Positions 19,781 through 28,222 of a DNA stretch of 64,000 nt are shown piece by piece. Made by a program: the position numbers and the translations under genes. Within the stretch, counting starts at the first letter, position 1. Every line of letters begins with the position of its first letter. The notes under the pieces were generated by a model. It made no database searches, was not told where the DNA came from, and saw only the letters and a list, made by a program, of their open reading frames with translations. The DNA comes from an uncultured Candidatus Saccharibacteria bacterium (GTDB lineage: Bacteria > Patescibacteriota > Minisyncoccia > UBA6257), in assembly GCA_964618625.1 (NCBI GenBank), contig CAZUBI010000001.1, forward strand, positions 65,940-129,939, in the 5' to 3' direction.

Positions 19781-19816
19781 CTTTTTATCTCCTTTATAAA
19801 ATCACGTTGCCTAAAA

Positions 19817-19939
19817 TCAAATTTCATTCATGTCGTATAAGTTCCCATTCGGATCAATTGCCATTTCGATTCCTTCAGGGGAGAGAAGAATCACAAAAGC
19901 AGTGCCATTTACTTTTTTTATTTTATTAAATCCTTCCAA
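19817..19939 (-). CDS. micro-ORF C, about 40 aa, TTG start: (M)EGFNKIKKVNGTAFVILLSPEGIEMAIDPNGNLYDMNEI
   Basis: TAGGAGAA 5 nt upstream of TTG; no in-frame ATG upstream (frame closed by TAA). Start is uncertain. Confidence 0.35.
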   Translation of the reverse strand: MEGFNKIKKVNGTAFVILLSPEGIEMAIDPNGNLYDMNEI

Positions 19940-19971
19940 AAATTCTCCTATTTTTTTACTTTTTCCTCTTC

Positions 19972-20052
19972 TTACAAAGGAGAAAAATTTTTAGAAATGA
20001 ATTTCCCTACTGCTTTTGTAATTTTTTTAACGTTCTTTTCAAAATTTCTCAT
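19972..20052 (-). CDS. micro-ORF B, 26 aa cationic amphipathic peptide MRNFEKNVKKITKAVGKFISKNFSPL
   Basis: AAGGAGGG upstream; ATG overlaps the stop of ORF A (TAATG). Confidence 0.5.
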   Translation of the reverse strand: MRNFEKNVKKITKAVGKFISKNFSPL

Positions 20053-20165
20053 TAAAATTCCCTCCTTCTCTTTATCTCTTTCCAAATAAAAAATGTAACA
20101 ATAGCCGAAGCCAAAACCCAAGAAATAAATCTAATCAGCGGTTGTTCAAACAGTTGTTCAAACAT
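20052..20165 (-). CDS. micro-ORF A, 37 aa single-TM peptide MFEQLFEQPLIRFISWVLASAIVTFFIWKEIKRRREF
   Basis: AGGAGGAGG RBS 8 nt upstream of ATG; first gene of the cluster. Confidence 0.5.
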   Translation of the reverse strand: MFEQLFEQPLIRFISWVLASAIVTFFIWKEIKRRREF

Positions 20166-20305
20166 TCTTTTACCTCCTCCTATCTTTTCTATTTTTTTAT
20201 TCTATTTTCAAAAGTAGTAATTAATACTACAATACAAATTTAAAATACTCTATATTACGAGCATCTTTAGTGTGCCATATTCTATTATAATAGTCAATAA
20301 ATAAT

Positions 20306-20863
20306 TTATCTCTTACTCCACTGTGCAGCCTTTCTAGCCTTTTTCAAACCATATTTCTTTCTTTCTACAACACGGGCATCACGTGTTAAAAATCCTGCTT
20401 TTCTTAAGGCGGGCTTTAATTTTTCATCAATTTTTATTAAACAACGGCTAATTCCCAATCTAATAGCTTCAGCTTGACCGGTAATTCCACCTCCTTTTAC
20501 TTTTATTGAAACAAAAAAACTATTCTCTAAATTAGTTGTTTTAAAAGGATCTAATATCTTCTTGTGGTAATCCTGCAAAGAAAAATATTCTTCCATTGTT
20601 TTTTCATTAATAACAAAACCTGGTTTGTCTTTAATAAGCCTTACACGAGCTACAGCTTCTTTTCTTCTGCCAATAGCTTCAATATATCTTTTCTTTACTT
20701 CTCTCTTTGCTTCTTTTTTCACTTCTTTTTTTACCTTTCTCTTCGTTTCTTTCTTCGCTGTTTTCTTTATCTCTTTCTTTGCAGATGTTGTTTTTTTTAC
20801 CTGCCTAAGTTTTCTTTCAGAAAATTTTGGTAGGTGAATTTTTTTCTCTTTTTTAACTACCAT
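20306..20863 (-). CDS. rpsI: 30S ribosomal protein S9 with a ~55-aa lysine-rich N-terminal extension
   Basis: C-terminal S9 core (GGGITGQAEAIRLGISR...KKYGLKKARKAAQWSKR); N-terminus is a KKE/KKV repeat tract. Confidence 0.85.
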   Translation of the reverse strand: MVVKKEKKIHLPKFSERKLRQVKKTTSAKKEIKKTAKKETKRKVKKEVKKEAKREVKKRYIEAIGRRKEAVARVRLIKDKPGFVINEKTMEEYFSLQDYHKKILDPFKTTNLENSFFVSIKVKGGGITGQAEAIRLGISRCLIKIDEKLKPALRKAGFLTRDARVVERKKYGLKKARKAAQWSKR

Positions 20864-20898
20864 ACCTTACAAATTTTTAATTATTTAATTATTTCTTT

Positions 20899-21261
20899 TT
20901 ACAAATTTATTTCTAATCTTTTTAGTCTTTTATCTCTAAGTTTATTTTTAGGCAACATGCCCCTAACGGCCATCCTAAGAACTTTTACTGGATCTTTTTC
21001 CCACATGTCAGATAACTTTGTTTCTCTTAAATGCCCTATATAGCCAGTATGTTTATAATAAATCTTTGTTCTTAATTTTGTCTCCTTGAATGGTTTTATC
21101 TTGCTAAGATTTTCTATTACAACAATAGTATCTCCAACTTTATTTGGGGCATATTGAGCTTTGTGTTTATCTTGAAGTAAAACAGCAATCCTAGAAGCAA
21201 CTCTTCCTAAAGATTGCCCTTCCATATCTATTGTAACAATATTTTTATTCTCTTTTTCCAT
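20899..21261 (-). CDS. rplM: 50S ribosomal protein L13
   Basis: L13-like sequence; conserved rplM-rpsI gene order. Confidence 0.8.
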   Translation of the reverse strand: MEKENKNIVTIDMEGQSLGRVASRIAVLLQDKHKAQYAPNKVGDTIVVIENLSKIKPFKETKLRTKIYYKHTGYIGHLRETKLSDMWEKDPVKVLRMAVRGMLPKNKLRDKRLKRLEINL

Positions 21262-21268
21262 TTACTCT

Positions 21269-21643
21269 TTATTTATTTACTGCCTTTTGTTCTTTAACAA
21301 ATTCTAATATCACTAAAGGCGAAGCATCCCTAACCTTTTTTATTGAAGTTTTAATAATTCTGGTGTATCCGCCCTTTCTATCTTTATACAATGGAGCAAT
21401 TTCATAATATAGTTTATTAGCTGCTTTTTCTGGTAAATTCTCTTTAACCTTCCTTAGGGCAATCAGATTTTGCTTTTTGGCAATAGTTATTAACTTCTCT
21501 ACTTTAGTTCTTGCCTCTTTAGCTTTTACTGAAGTAGTTTTAATCCTTTCCTGTAATATTAAATTAGCAGCTAAACCTTTTAAAAGAGCTTTTCGTTGAC
21601 CTGTCTTTCTATGAAGTTTTTTCCCTTTTTTTAAATGTCTCAT
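21269..21643 (-). CDS. rplQ: 50S ribosomal protein L17
   Basis: MRHLKKGKKLHRKTGQRKALLKGLAANLI... is the L17 signature. Confidence 0.85.
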   Translation of the reverse strand: MRHLKKGKKLHRKTGQRKALLKGLAANLILQERIKTTSVKAKEARTKVEKLITIAKKQNLIALRKVKENLPEKAANKLYYEIAPLYKDRKGGYTRIIKTSIKKVRDASPLVILEFVKEQKAVNK

Positions 21644-21712
21644 CTGTATTTTATTTTTTAATTTTGAAACAATAATCTAAACATCGTATCCTTGTATATA
21701 GCTTAAAGGCGA

Positions 21713-21767
21713 ATGTGATTGTTGAGAAAAACTATAGCGATTAGCGTGTTTTTGAGACAATCACATA
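21713..21767 (+). repeat. family-A palindromic intergenic element, copy c (between rpoA stop and rplQ start)
   Basis: atgtgattgttGAGAAAAACTATAGCGATTAGCGTGTTTTTGAGACaatcacat. Confidence 0.8.
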
Positions 21768-21788
21768 AACCTTTGCTATTTGTTTCTC

Positions 21789-22715
21789 TTATTTAAGTGT
21801 GTACTTTAGATTTTTAAGAATTGCTTTTATTTCTTCCAATGACTTTTTACCTAAACCATCCATGGTTGATAAATTTTCTTCGTTATATCTCAATAAGCCG
21901 GCTAAAGTCTTCACGCCATTATTTGTTAAAGCCTTTTTTGTTCGAGAACCCAAATCCAAATCTTTTATAAAAATGTCTTTTGGTGCTTTGCCTCCCTTTT
22001 TTGAAACAGCCTTTTTTTCTTCTGTAAATTCTGGAACAAATTTTTCTTCAATATTAATAAAATGATCTTTTAAAATCGTGGATGTTTTATTTAATACTTC
22101 TTTCGGAGAAACAGAACCATCTGTTTCAATTGAAATAATTAAACGATTGTAATCAGTTTTTTCTCCAACCCTCATATTTTCTACTTGAAAATTAACTCGT
22201 CGTACAGGAGAAAAGATAGCATCAACAGCAATAGTACCTATTGGTATCTTATCTTCCTTGCGCTCTTCTACCTGTGAATAACCTAATCCTTTTTCTACCA
22301 CTACCTCCATTTCTATTTTGCCTTTTTTATCTGTAATGGCTGTAATATATAAATCAGGGTTCATTACATCCACCATAGAATTAGCTTCAAAATCTTTGGC
22401 ATATACCTTTTTTTCACCTTCAACCTTTAATTTTAAAACCTGAGGTTCGTTACTATACAGTTTTACTCTTAGTTGTTTCAAATTAAGCATTATGTCCAAA
22501 ACTGTATCAGAGACATAATTAATAGTAGAAAATTCATGATGAACTCCTTTAATTTTAAAAGATGTCACTGCCGCGCCTTCTATAGAAGAAAGGAGAACCC
22601 GCCTTAAGGCATTGCCAATAGTTACTCCGTAACCAGGATATAGCCCTTCAATTTCAAATTTTCCATAGTTCTTTTCTTGCTCAATGATTTTTATTGAAGA
22701 AGGTAAATGAAACAT
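21789..22715 (-). CDS. rpoA: DNA-directed RNA polymerase alpha subunit
   Basis: Alpha-NTD pattern and conserved rpsD-rpoA-rplQ context. Confidence 0.85.
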   Translation of the reverse strand: MFHLPSSIKIIEQEKNYGKFEIEGLYPGYGVTIGNALRRVLLSSIEGAAVTSFKIKGVHHEFSTINYVSDTVLDIMLNLKQLRVKLYSNEPQVLKLKVEGEKKVYAKDFEANSMVDVMNPDLYITAITDKKGKIEMEVVVEKGLGYSQVEERKEDKIPIGTIAVDAIFSPVRRVNFQVENMRVGEKTDYNRLIISIETDGSVSPKEVLNKTSTILKDHFINIEEKFVPEFTEEKKAVSKKGGKAPKDIFIKDLDLGSRTKKALTNNGVKTLAGLLRYNEENLSTMDGLGKKSLEEIKAILKNLKYTLK

Positions 22716-22768
22716 GATATTAATATAATTTTTAATTTTGTAATTTTTAATTTTAAATCAAATTAATA

Positions 22769-23386
22769 CTATCTGCTATAAAATTCTACAATTGAAGTGA
22801 AATCAAAAGGCAATTGTAATTCTTCTAAATCTGGATCTGCCATAACTTTTCCTTCCATTTTATTCATATCTAATTTAAGATGCTTTGGAGGGCTATATTT
22901 TTTTAATCTTTCTTTAATATCTTTAAAAGGCGCTTTGCTACTACTCTGTGGCCTGATAGAAATAACGTCCTCTTTTTTCACAATTGTAGAAGAAATATTA
23001 TGTTTTCGTCCGTTTAAGCAAAAATGTCCATGGCTTACCAAGTGCCTAGCCATAGTTCTAGAAATAGTAAATCCTAAACGAAACACTGTATTATCAAAAC
23101 GATTTTCTATTAATTGAGCAAAAGCTTCTGGAGTAGAAATTTTCTTTTTTAACGCCATTTTAAAATATCTTCTAAATTGTTTTTCCCTCATTCCATAAGC
23201 TAACTTTACCTTTTGTTTTTCTAATAACTGTTTGCCATAAGAAGTTAACGTTTTTCTTCTTCTCCTTTTTCCTAAAACCCTAAATCCCCTTCTTATTAAG
23301 GCGCATTTGGGAGTAAAGCATCTTTCTCCTTTTAAAAACAGTTTCTCTCCAACTGCCCTACATTTTTTACATTTATCATCCAACAT
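22769..23386 (-). CDS. rpsD: 30S ribosomal protein S4 (zinc-ribbon form)
   Basis: N-terminal CKKC...C..C zinc motif and S4 domain. Confidence 0.85.
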   Translation of the reverse strand: MLDDKCKKCRAVGEKLFLKGERCFTPKCALIRRGFRVLGKRRRRKTLTSYGKQLLEKQKVKLAYGMREKQFRRYFKMALKKKISTPEAFAQLIENRFDNTVFRLGFTISRTMARHLVSHGHFCLNGRKHNISSTIVKKEDVISIRPQSSSKAPFKDIKERLKKYSPPKHLKLDMNKMEGKVMADPDLEELQLPFDFTSIVEFYSR

Positions 23387-23455
23387 ACTATTATATAATT
23401 TTTAGTTTCCAGTTTTTAATTTTTTAACAAATCTTAAATTCTACTTTTAAATAAT

Positions 23456-23523
23456 AAGGTTCGGAAATGTTGTTGAGAAAACCATAGCGATTAGCGTGTT
23501 TTAAAACAATATTCCGAATCTTT
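23456..23523 (+). repeat. family-A palindromic intergenic element, copy d (between rpsK and rpsD)
   Basis: aaggttcggaaatgttgttGAGAAAACCATAGCGATTAGCGTGTTTTAAAACaatattccgaatcttt. Confidence 0.8.
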
Positions 23524-23524
23524 G

Positions 23525-23968
23525 CTATACTCTTCTCACCTTTGGAGGACGTGGTCCATTATGAGGCATTGGCGTTATATCTTTTATTAAAAGAATATCA
23601 AGCCCATGATTAGCTAAAGAACGAATTGCTGTTTCTCTCCCACCACCAATCCCCTTTACATAAATTTCTACAGTTTTTAATCCAATCTTCTTTGTTTTTT
23701 CCATTAAAACAGACACTACTTTTGACGCAGCAAAAGGAGTTGCCTTCTTAGGTCCCTTAAATCCTAAAGATCCGGCTGAAGACCAGGCAATAAGACCACC
23801 TTTTAGATCAGTAAGTGATACAGATGTATTATTATAGGAAGCGCGAATATAAATTCTCCCTGTTTCTAAATGTTTCTTAGAAGAGGCTTTAGCTTTAATA
23901 GAAGATGCTTTTTCTTCTATTTTACTAATATCTTCTCCGGATTTAGTAATAACTCTCTTTTTGCCCAT
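23525..23968 (-). CDS. rpsK: 30S ribosomal protein S11
   Basis: S11 core (AHIKSTFNNTIV-like region and GGRE.AIR). Confidence 0.85.
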   Translation of the reverse strand: MGKKRVITKSGEDISKIEEKASSIKAKASSKKHLETGRIYIRASYNNTSVSLTDLKGGLIAWSSAGSLGFKGPKKATPFAASKVVSVLMEKTKKIGLKTVEIYVKGIGGGRETAIRSLANHGLDILLIKDITPMPHNGPRPPKVRRV

Positions 23969-23993
23969 ATCCCAAAATTAAAAATTATTAATC

Positions 23994-24386
23994 TTACTTT
24001 GCTGTTGGGGCTTTCTTTTTCCCAGAACCAACTGTTCTTCGTACATTTCCTCTTACTGTACGAGAATTTGTTTTTGTCCTTTGCCCCCTTAATGGCAATC
24101 TTTTTACATGCCTTATTCCACGATAAGAATTAATATTTATAAGACGTTTTATATTTGATCTAACTTTTCTTCTTAAATCACCCTCTGTGTTTATTTTATT
24201 TTTTTCTATTAATTCCCTTAAAGAATTTAATTCGGAAACACTTAAATCTTTTGTCTTTTTTTGAAAATCAATATTAGCTTCTTTTAAAAGCTTCTCTGAT
24301 GAAGAACGCCCTATTCCATAAATGTATGTAAGGGCAATATTTATATTTTTATCATCTGGTATATTTATACCTAAAAAACGAGTCAT
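23994..24386 (-). CDS. rpsM: 30S ribosomal protein S13
   Basis: MTRFLGINIPDDKNINIALTYIYGIG is the S13 signature. Confidence 0.85.
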   Translation of the reverse strand: MTRFLGINIPDDKNINIALTYIYGIGRSSSEKLLKEANIDFQKKTKDLSVSELNSLRELIEKNKINTEGDLRRKVRSNIKRLININSYRGIRHVKRLPLRGQRTKTNSRTVRGNVRRTVGSGKKKAPTAK

Positions 24387-24425
24387 TAAATTAATTCAAT
24401 TAATTTTAAAATCTAAAGGGTGAAA

Positions 24426-24480
24426 GGTAGTTGTTGAAGAAACCATAGCGATTAGCGTGTTTATGAAACAATCATCCGAG
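24426..24480 (+). repeat. family-A palindromic intergenic element, copy e (between rpmJ and rpsM)
   Basis: ggtagttgttGAAGAAACCATAGCGATTAGCGTGTTTATGAAACaatcatccgag. Confidence 0.75.
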
Positions 24481-24482
24481 CC

Positions 24483-24596
24483 TCATCCTTGTCGCTGTTT
24501 GTGTTTAGGATTTTGACAAATAACATACACACGACCTTTTCGTCGGACTATCTTGCAATTTCTACAAATTTTTTTTACTGATGCTCTAACTTTCAT
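24483..24596 (-). CDS. rpmJ: 50S ribosomal protein L36 (37 aa; absent from the supplied ORF track)
   Basis: Hand translation: [37 protein letters not shown]. Confidence 0.85.
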   Translation of the reverse strand: MKVRASVKKICRNCKIVRRKGRVYVICQNPKHKQRQG

Positions 24597-24616
24597 ATAT
24601 TAAAAATAAAATCGGT

Positions 24617-24838
24617 TTACAGCCGATAAACAATGCGACCACGGCTAGAATCATATGGTGATAGTTCTACTACGACTCTATCACCTGGAAGAATTTTAAT
24701 GTGATGAAGACGAAGCTTACCAGCTAAATGAGCTAAAATTTCTTTATCGCCTCCATCTAAACGCACTCTAAATATTGCATTGCGCAAAGATTCAGTTATA
24801 ATTCCTTCTTTGCGATCAGCTTCTTTTTTCTGTACCAT
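24617..24838 (-). CDS. infA: translation initiation factor IF-1
   Basis: S1-like OB fold sequence; conserved infA-rpmJ-rpsM order. Confidence 0.85.
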   Translation of the reverse strand: MVQKKEADRKEGIITESLRNAIFRVRLDGGDKEILAHLAGKLRLHHIKILPGDRVVVELSPYDSSRGRIVYRL

Positions 24839-24870
24839 AAAGCGTTATTAGTTTATCAGAATAACTAATT

Positions 24871-26268
24871 TTAGTCAATAAAAAGGTTGATTTTGTCTAA
24901 AGAATTTGGAACTTTTCTTATCCACAATGGCCGAAGTTTTACTTCTACATCTTTTATCCCAGGATTAGCCTCAAAAATCTGATTTAACTCCTTTTTATCT
25001 TTTCCAACAACAAGTTGCTTTATTTCCTCCAAAGATAATTTATGACACACAACTTGATTTGTTTTAATTGACATTCTCATCGTACCTTTACTAAAGTCTG
25101 TTTTTAATTCTAAATATTCTAATTCTGGCTTTTGACAATAATGATAATTTTCATCCTTGTCTTTTTCGAGAATTCCTTGTATGTATTCAATCATACTATC
25201 TTCATCGAACGCAATAACTTTAATTTCACCTTCAACACTAACTGAAAACTTTTCACGATAATCTCCAATACTGGCATCACTACTCAAATTAGTGAGATTT
25301 ATACTGCTTTTTGCTCCTGGTAATACTTTTAATTCTTTTGGTTTTTTTGGCATTTTATTTTCTAAATCCTGATTAATAGAATCCATAACTTTTTCAAAAA
25401 TAATTTCTTCTGCCCCTTTTAAGTCTTCTGAAGTTACCAAAGGAACTGAAGCAAAAGCCCCTCCTGTCATCGCTTTAGTAGAAGCACCATAAAAGCCATC
25501 AAATTTTGATGTTCCTTCAAATCCTGGAATAGTAAATTTACAATCAGGCAAATTACAAACTTCTATATTATAATCAGTTCCTGATTTATCTGCAGTAACT
25601 TTTACATCAATCGTAGATCGTACAAGTTTTCCATTTTTAGTAGTAGCTCCTGGAATAACAATACGGGAATCTAAGCGAAATATCTTATGATCAGGTGTTT
25701 CAAAACGGGTTGTAGCTACCAAAATTTGAGGAGAAGTTGAGTAATTATTATATATAGTAATTATTCCTTTGGCTTTTCTTTCGTCTTTGCCCTGTCCAGA
25801 ACTTGAAAATTCTTGCGTCTCTTCTGCTTTAAAAACAAATGAATTTCCAGGAATTATTGCTTTATTAAAGTCTATTGAGGAAACACTTGTATCTACCAAA
25901 ACAACGCCTGAAAAAGGCATTTCTATCTTCTTTGTAGTGATATTAATTTCCGCCTTAGCTAAAAATACAAACCCTAAATAATAAAAGGCAACCAAAGAAA
26001 AAAATACACCAAGAAGAATTATAGTCTTTTTATTAATCGCCATCTTCTTCTTTGCCCATTTTTCTTTAAAACCAGAATTAATCACCGTTATACTCTCTTC
26101 ACTTTCTGTTTTAGTATCTTCAATCTTTCTCTCTTGCTGTAATTTATCGGCCAAATGAATTGGGATTTCTTTTTCCTCAACTTCTTTTTTGCCAGACGAA
26201 TAATTATTTAATTCGTGTGGAAAAAAGATATCTTTAACTTTTCTTTTCTTTTTTTGAGAATTTTCCAT
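24871..26268 (-). CDS. hypothetical membrane-anchored protein (465 aa) with a large extracytoplasmic domain
   Basis: Single TM around residues 92-112; no recognisable motifs. Confidence 0.4.
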   Translation of the reverse strand: MENSQKKKRKVKDIFFPHELNNYSSGKKEVEEKEIPIHLADKLQQERKIEDTKTESEESITVINSGFKEKWAKKKMAINKKTIILLGVFFSLVAFYYLGFVFLAKAEINITTKKIEMPFSGVVLVDTSVSSIDFNKAIIPGNSFVFKAEETQEFSSSGQGKDERKAKGIITIYNNYSTSPQILVATTRFETPDHKIFRLDSRIVIPGATTKNGKLVRSTIDVKVTADKSGTDYNIEVCNLPDCKFTIPGFEGTSKFDGFYGASTKAMTGGAFASVPLVTSEDLKGAEEIIFEKVMDSINQDLENKMPKKPKELKVLPGAKSSINLTNLSSDASIGDYREKFSVSVEGEIKVIAFDEDSMIEYIQGILEKDKDENYHYCQKPELEYLELKTDFSKGTMRMSIKTNQVVCHKLSLEEIKQLVVGKDKKELNQIFEANPGIKDVEVKLRPLWIRKVPNSLDKINLFID

Positions 26269-26324
26269 TATTATATATTGTTTTTTAGTATATCATAAAA
26301 AAGTAATTTATTCTATCACAATCT

Positions 26325-28196
26325 CTATTCTAAAACAGCCTTAATCCTTCTAACTCCTGCCCCTGACGACTCTTCTTTAATAATCTTAAAATGACCAAGT
26401 TTACCAGTAAATTTTACGTGTGGACCACCACAAATTTCTTTTGAAAAAGAATTATCTTTTTCTCCAATAGTATAAACTTTTACCTTCTCTCCATACTTTG
26501 ACTCAAAAACACCTACTGCTCCTTGCTTTTTAGCGTCTTTCAATAATATTTTTTCTGAAAACACCGGCAAATTATTTTGAATTGCTTCATTTACAATTTT
26601 TTCCACCTTAGCTTTTTGTTCAGGAATAAGTTTTTCAGTATGAGAAAAATCAAAACGAAGACGCTCAGCAGTAATATTTGATCCTTTTTGTTCTACATGA
26701 TCCCCTAACACCTTTCTTAAAGCAGATAGAAGAAGATGGCAAGCAGTATGAAATTTTTTAGTTTTATCAGAAACATCAGCTAATCCACCTTTAAATTTAC
26801 CAGCAGTAGCAGTTCGAGAAAGTTCTTGATGCTTAATCAATGCTTCTTTGAACTTTTCTGGATTCTTTATTTCAATATTAAATTTAAGTAATTCTTCTTC
26901 GGTCATTTCAAAAGGAAATCCATAGGTTTGATATAAATCAAAAGCTATTGTTCCTGTTATTTCTTTTCCACTACTCTTATATTTCCCTAATTCTTTTAAT
27001 CCTTTTTCTAATGTTTTATTGAATTTAATTTCTTCTTTTTCTAAATTATTCGTTATAAATTCAAGATTATGGATTAATTCGGGGTAAATTGATTTATAAT
27101 CATTAACTATAACTTTTGCTATCTCTTGAACCCAGGATTTCTGTTGAATACCTATTTGCCAACCATAACGTATAGCCCTTCTAATCAATCGACGAACTAT
27201 ATATCCCTGATCAATATTGGATGGAATAATGCCTTTATCATCACCCATGATAAAAGTCACAGCTCTTAAATGATCCGCAATAATCTCAAAAGACTGCATA
27301 TTATCTTCATATTTTAATCCTGACAATTCCTGAATTTTTTTTATAATATTAATGAATAAATCTGTTCTAAAAATATTATCCTTGTCTTGCGATACCATAA
27401 TAATTCGTTCTAACCCACCACCAAAATCTACATTTTTTTGTGGCAAGGATTCAAATCCTTTTTCAGAGCGAATGAACTCTATAAAAACGCTATTGCCAAT
27501 TTCAACAAAACGTCCGCAACCGCAATTAATATGGCAAGGTTGATCTCGCCATTTAGAATTTTCGTGGCGTTTTAATTCTTCTCCTAGATCATAAAAAACT
27601 TCACTATCTGGCCCTCCAATTTCTCCAACTGGCATATTGGCCGGAACTCCTGAACGCGACCACCAGTTTTTAATTTCGCTATAATAAAAAATGCGACCGC
27701 CTTGAAGTCCATATTTTTCAGACTCATCTACATCATTAGCTTCAATACCAACTCTTTTAAAAATATCTTTCCATGTCTGAACAGATTCTAAATCTTTATT
27801 AATACCAATCTTTTTGTTGCCTCGAAAAATAGATACATAAATTCTTTTAGGATCTAATTTTATTTCATCAACTAAAAACTCAAATAACCAATTCAATTGT
27901 TCTTTTTTAAAATAATCGCCTAATGACCAATTGCCTAACATTTCAAAGAATGTAGTATGTTGATTATCACCTACTTCTTCAATGTCTTCAGCCCGAAATG
28001 ATTTTTGGACATTTACTAATCGTTTGCCTTTGGGATGAGATTCACCCATTAAATACGGAACTAAAGGCTGCATTCCTGAACCAGTAAACAATGTTGTTGA
28101 ATCATTTTCTGGGATTAAAGAAGAAGATGGGATTATTTTATGACCCCTTTCTTCAAAAAACTTTAAAAATCTTTCTCGTAATTCTTTTGAATCCAT
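26325..28196 (-). CDS. alaS: alanyl-tRNA synthetase, short form (catalytic, tRNA-recognition and editing domains; no C-Ala domain)
   Basis: N-terminal class-II AlaRS region (FFEMLGNWSLGDYFK) and editing-domain HxxxH (HTACHLLLSA); ends right after the editing domain. Confidence 0.85.
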   Translation of the reverse strand: MDSKELRERFLKFFEERGHKIIPSSSLIPENDSTTLFTGSGMQPLVPYLMGESHPKGKRLVNVQKSFRAEDIEEVGDNQHTTFFEMLGNWSLGDYFKKEQLNWLFEFLVDEIKLDPKRIYVSIFRGNKKIGINKDLESVQTWKDIFKRVGIEANDVDESEKYGLQGGRIFYYSEIKNWWSRSGVPANMPVGEIGGPDSEVFYDLGEELKRHENSKWRDQPCHINCGCGRFVEIGNSVFIEFIRSEKGFESLPQKNVDFGGGLERIIMVSQDKDNIFRTDLFINIIKKIQELSGLKYEDNMQSFEIIADHLRAVTFIMGDDKGIIPSNIDQGYIVRRLIRRAIRYGWQIGIQQKSWVQEIAKVIVNDYKSIYPELIHNLEFITNNLEKEEIKFNKTLEKGLKELGKYKSSGKEITGTIAFDLYQTYGFPFEMTEEELLKFNIEIKNPEKFKEALIKHQELSRTATAGKFKGGLADVSDKTKKFHTACHLLLSALRKVLGDHVEQKGSNITAERLRFDFSHTEKLIPEQKAKVEKIVNEAIQNNLPVFSEKILLKDAKKQGAVGVFESKYGEKVKVYTIGEKDNSFSKEICGGPHVKFTGKLGHFKIIKEESSGAGVRRIKAVLE

Positions 28197-28222
28197 AAAT
28201 TTACGATGTCCGACGTCGTTAA

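Noticed and set aside
20564-21043. Plus-strand ORFs 20564..20833, 20625..20837, 20834..21043
   Set aside because: They are low-complexity antisense readings of the Lys-rich rpsI extension and of rplM.
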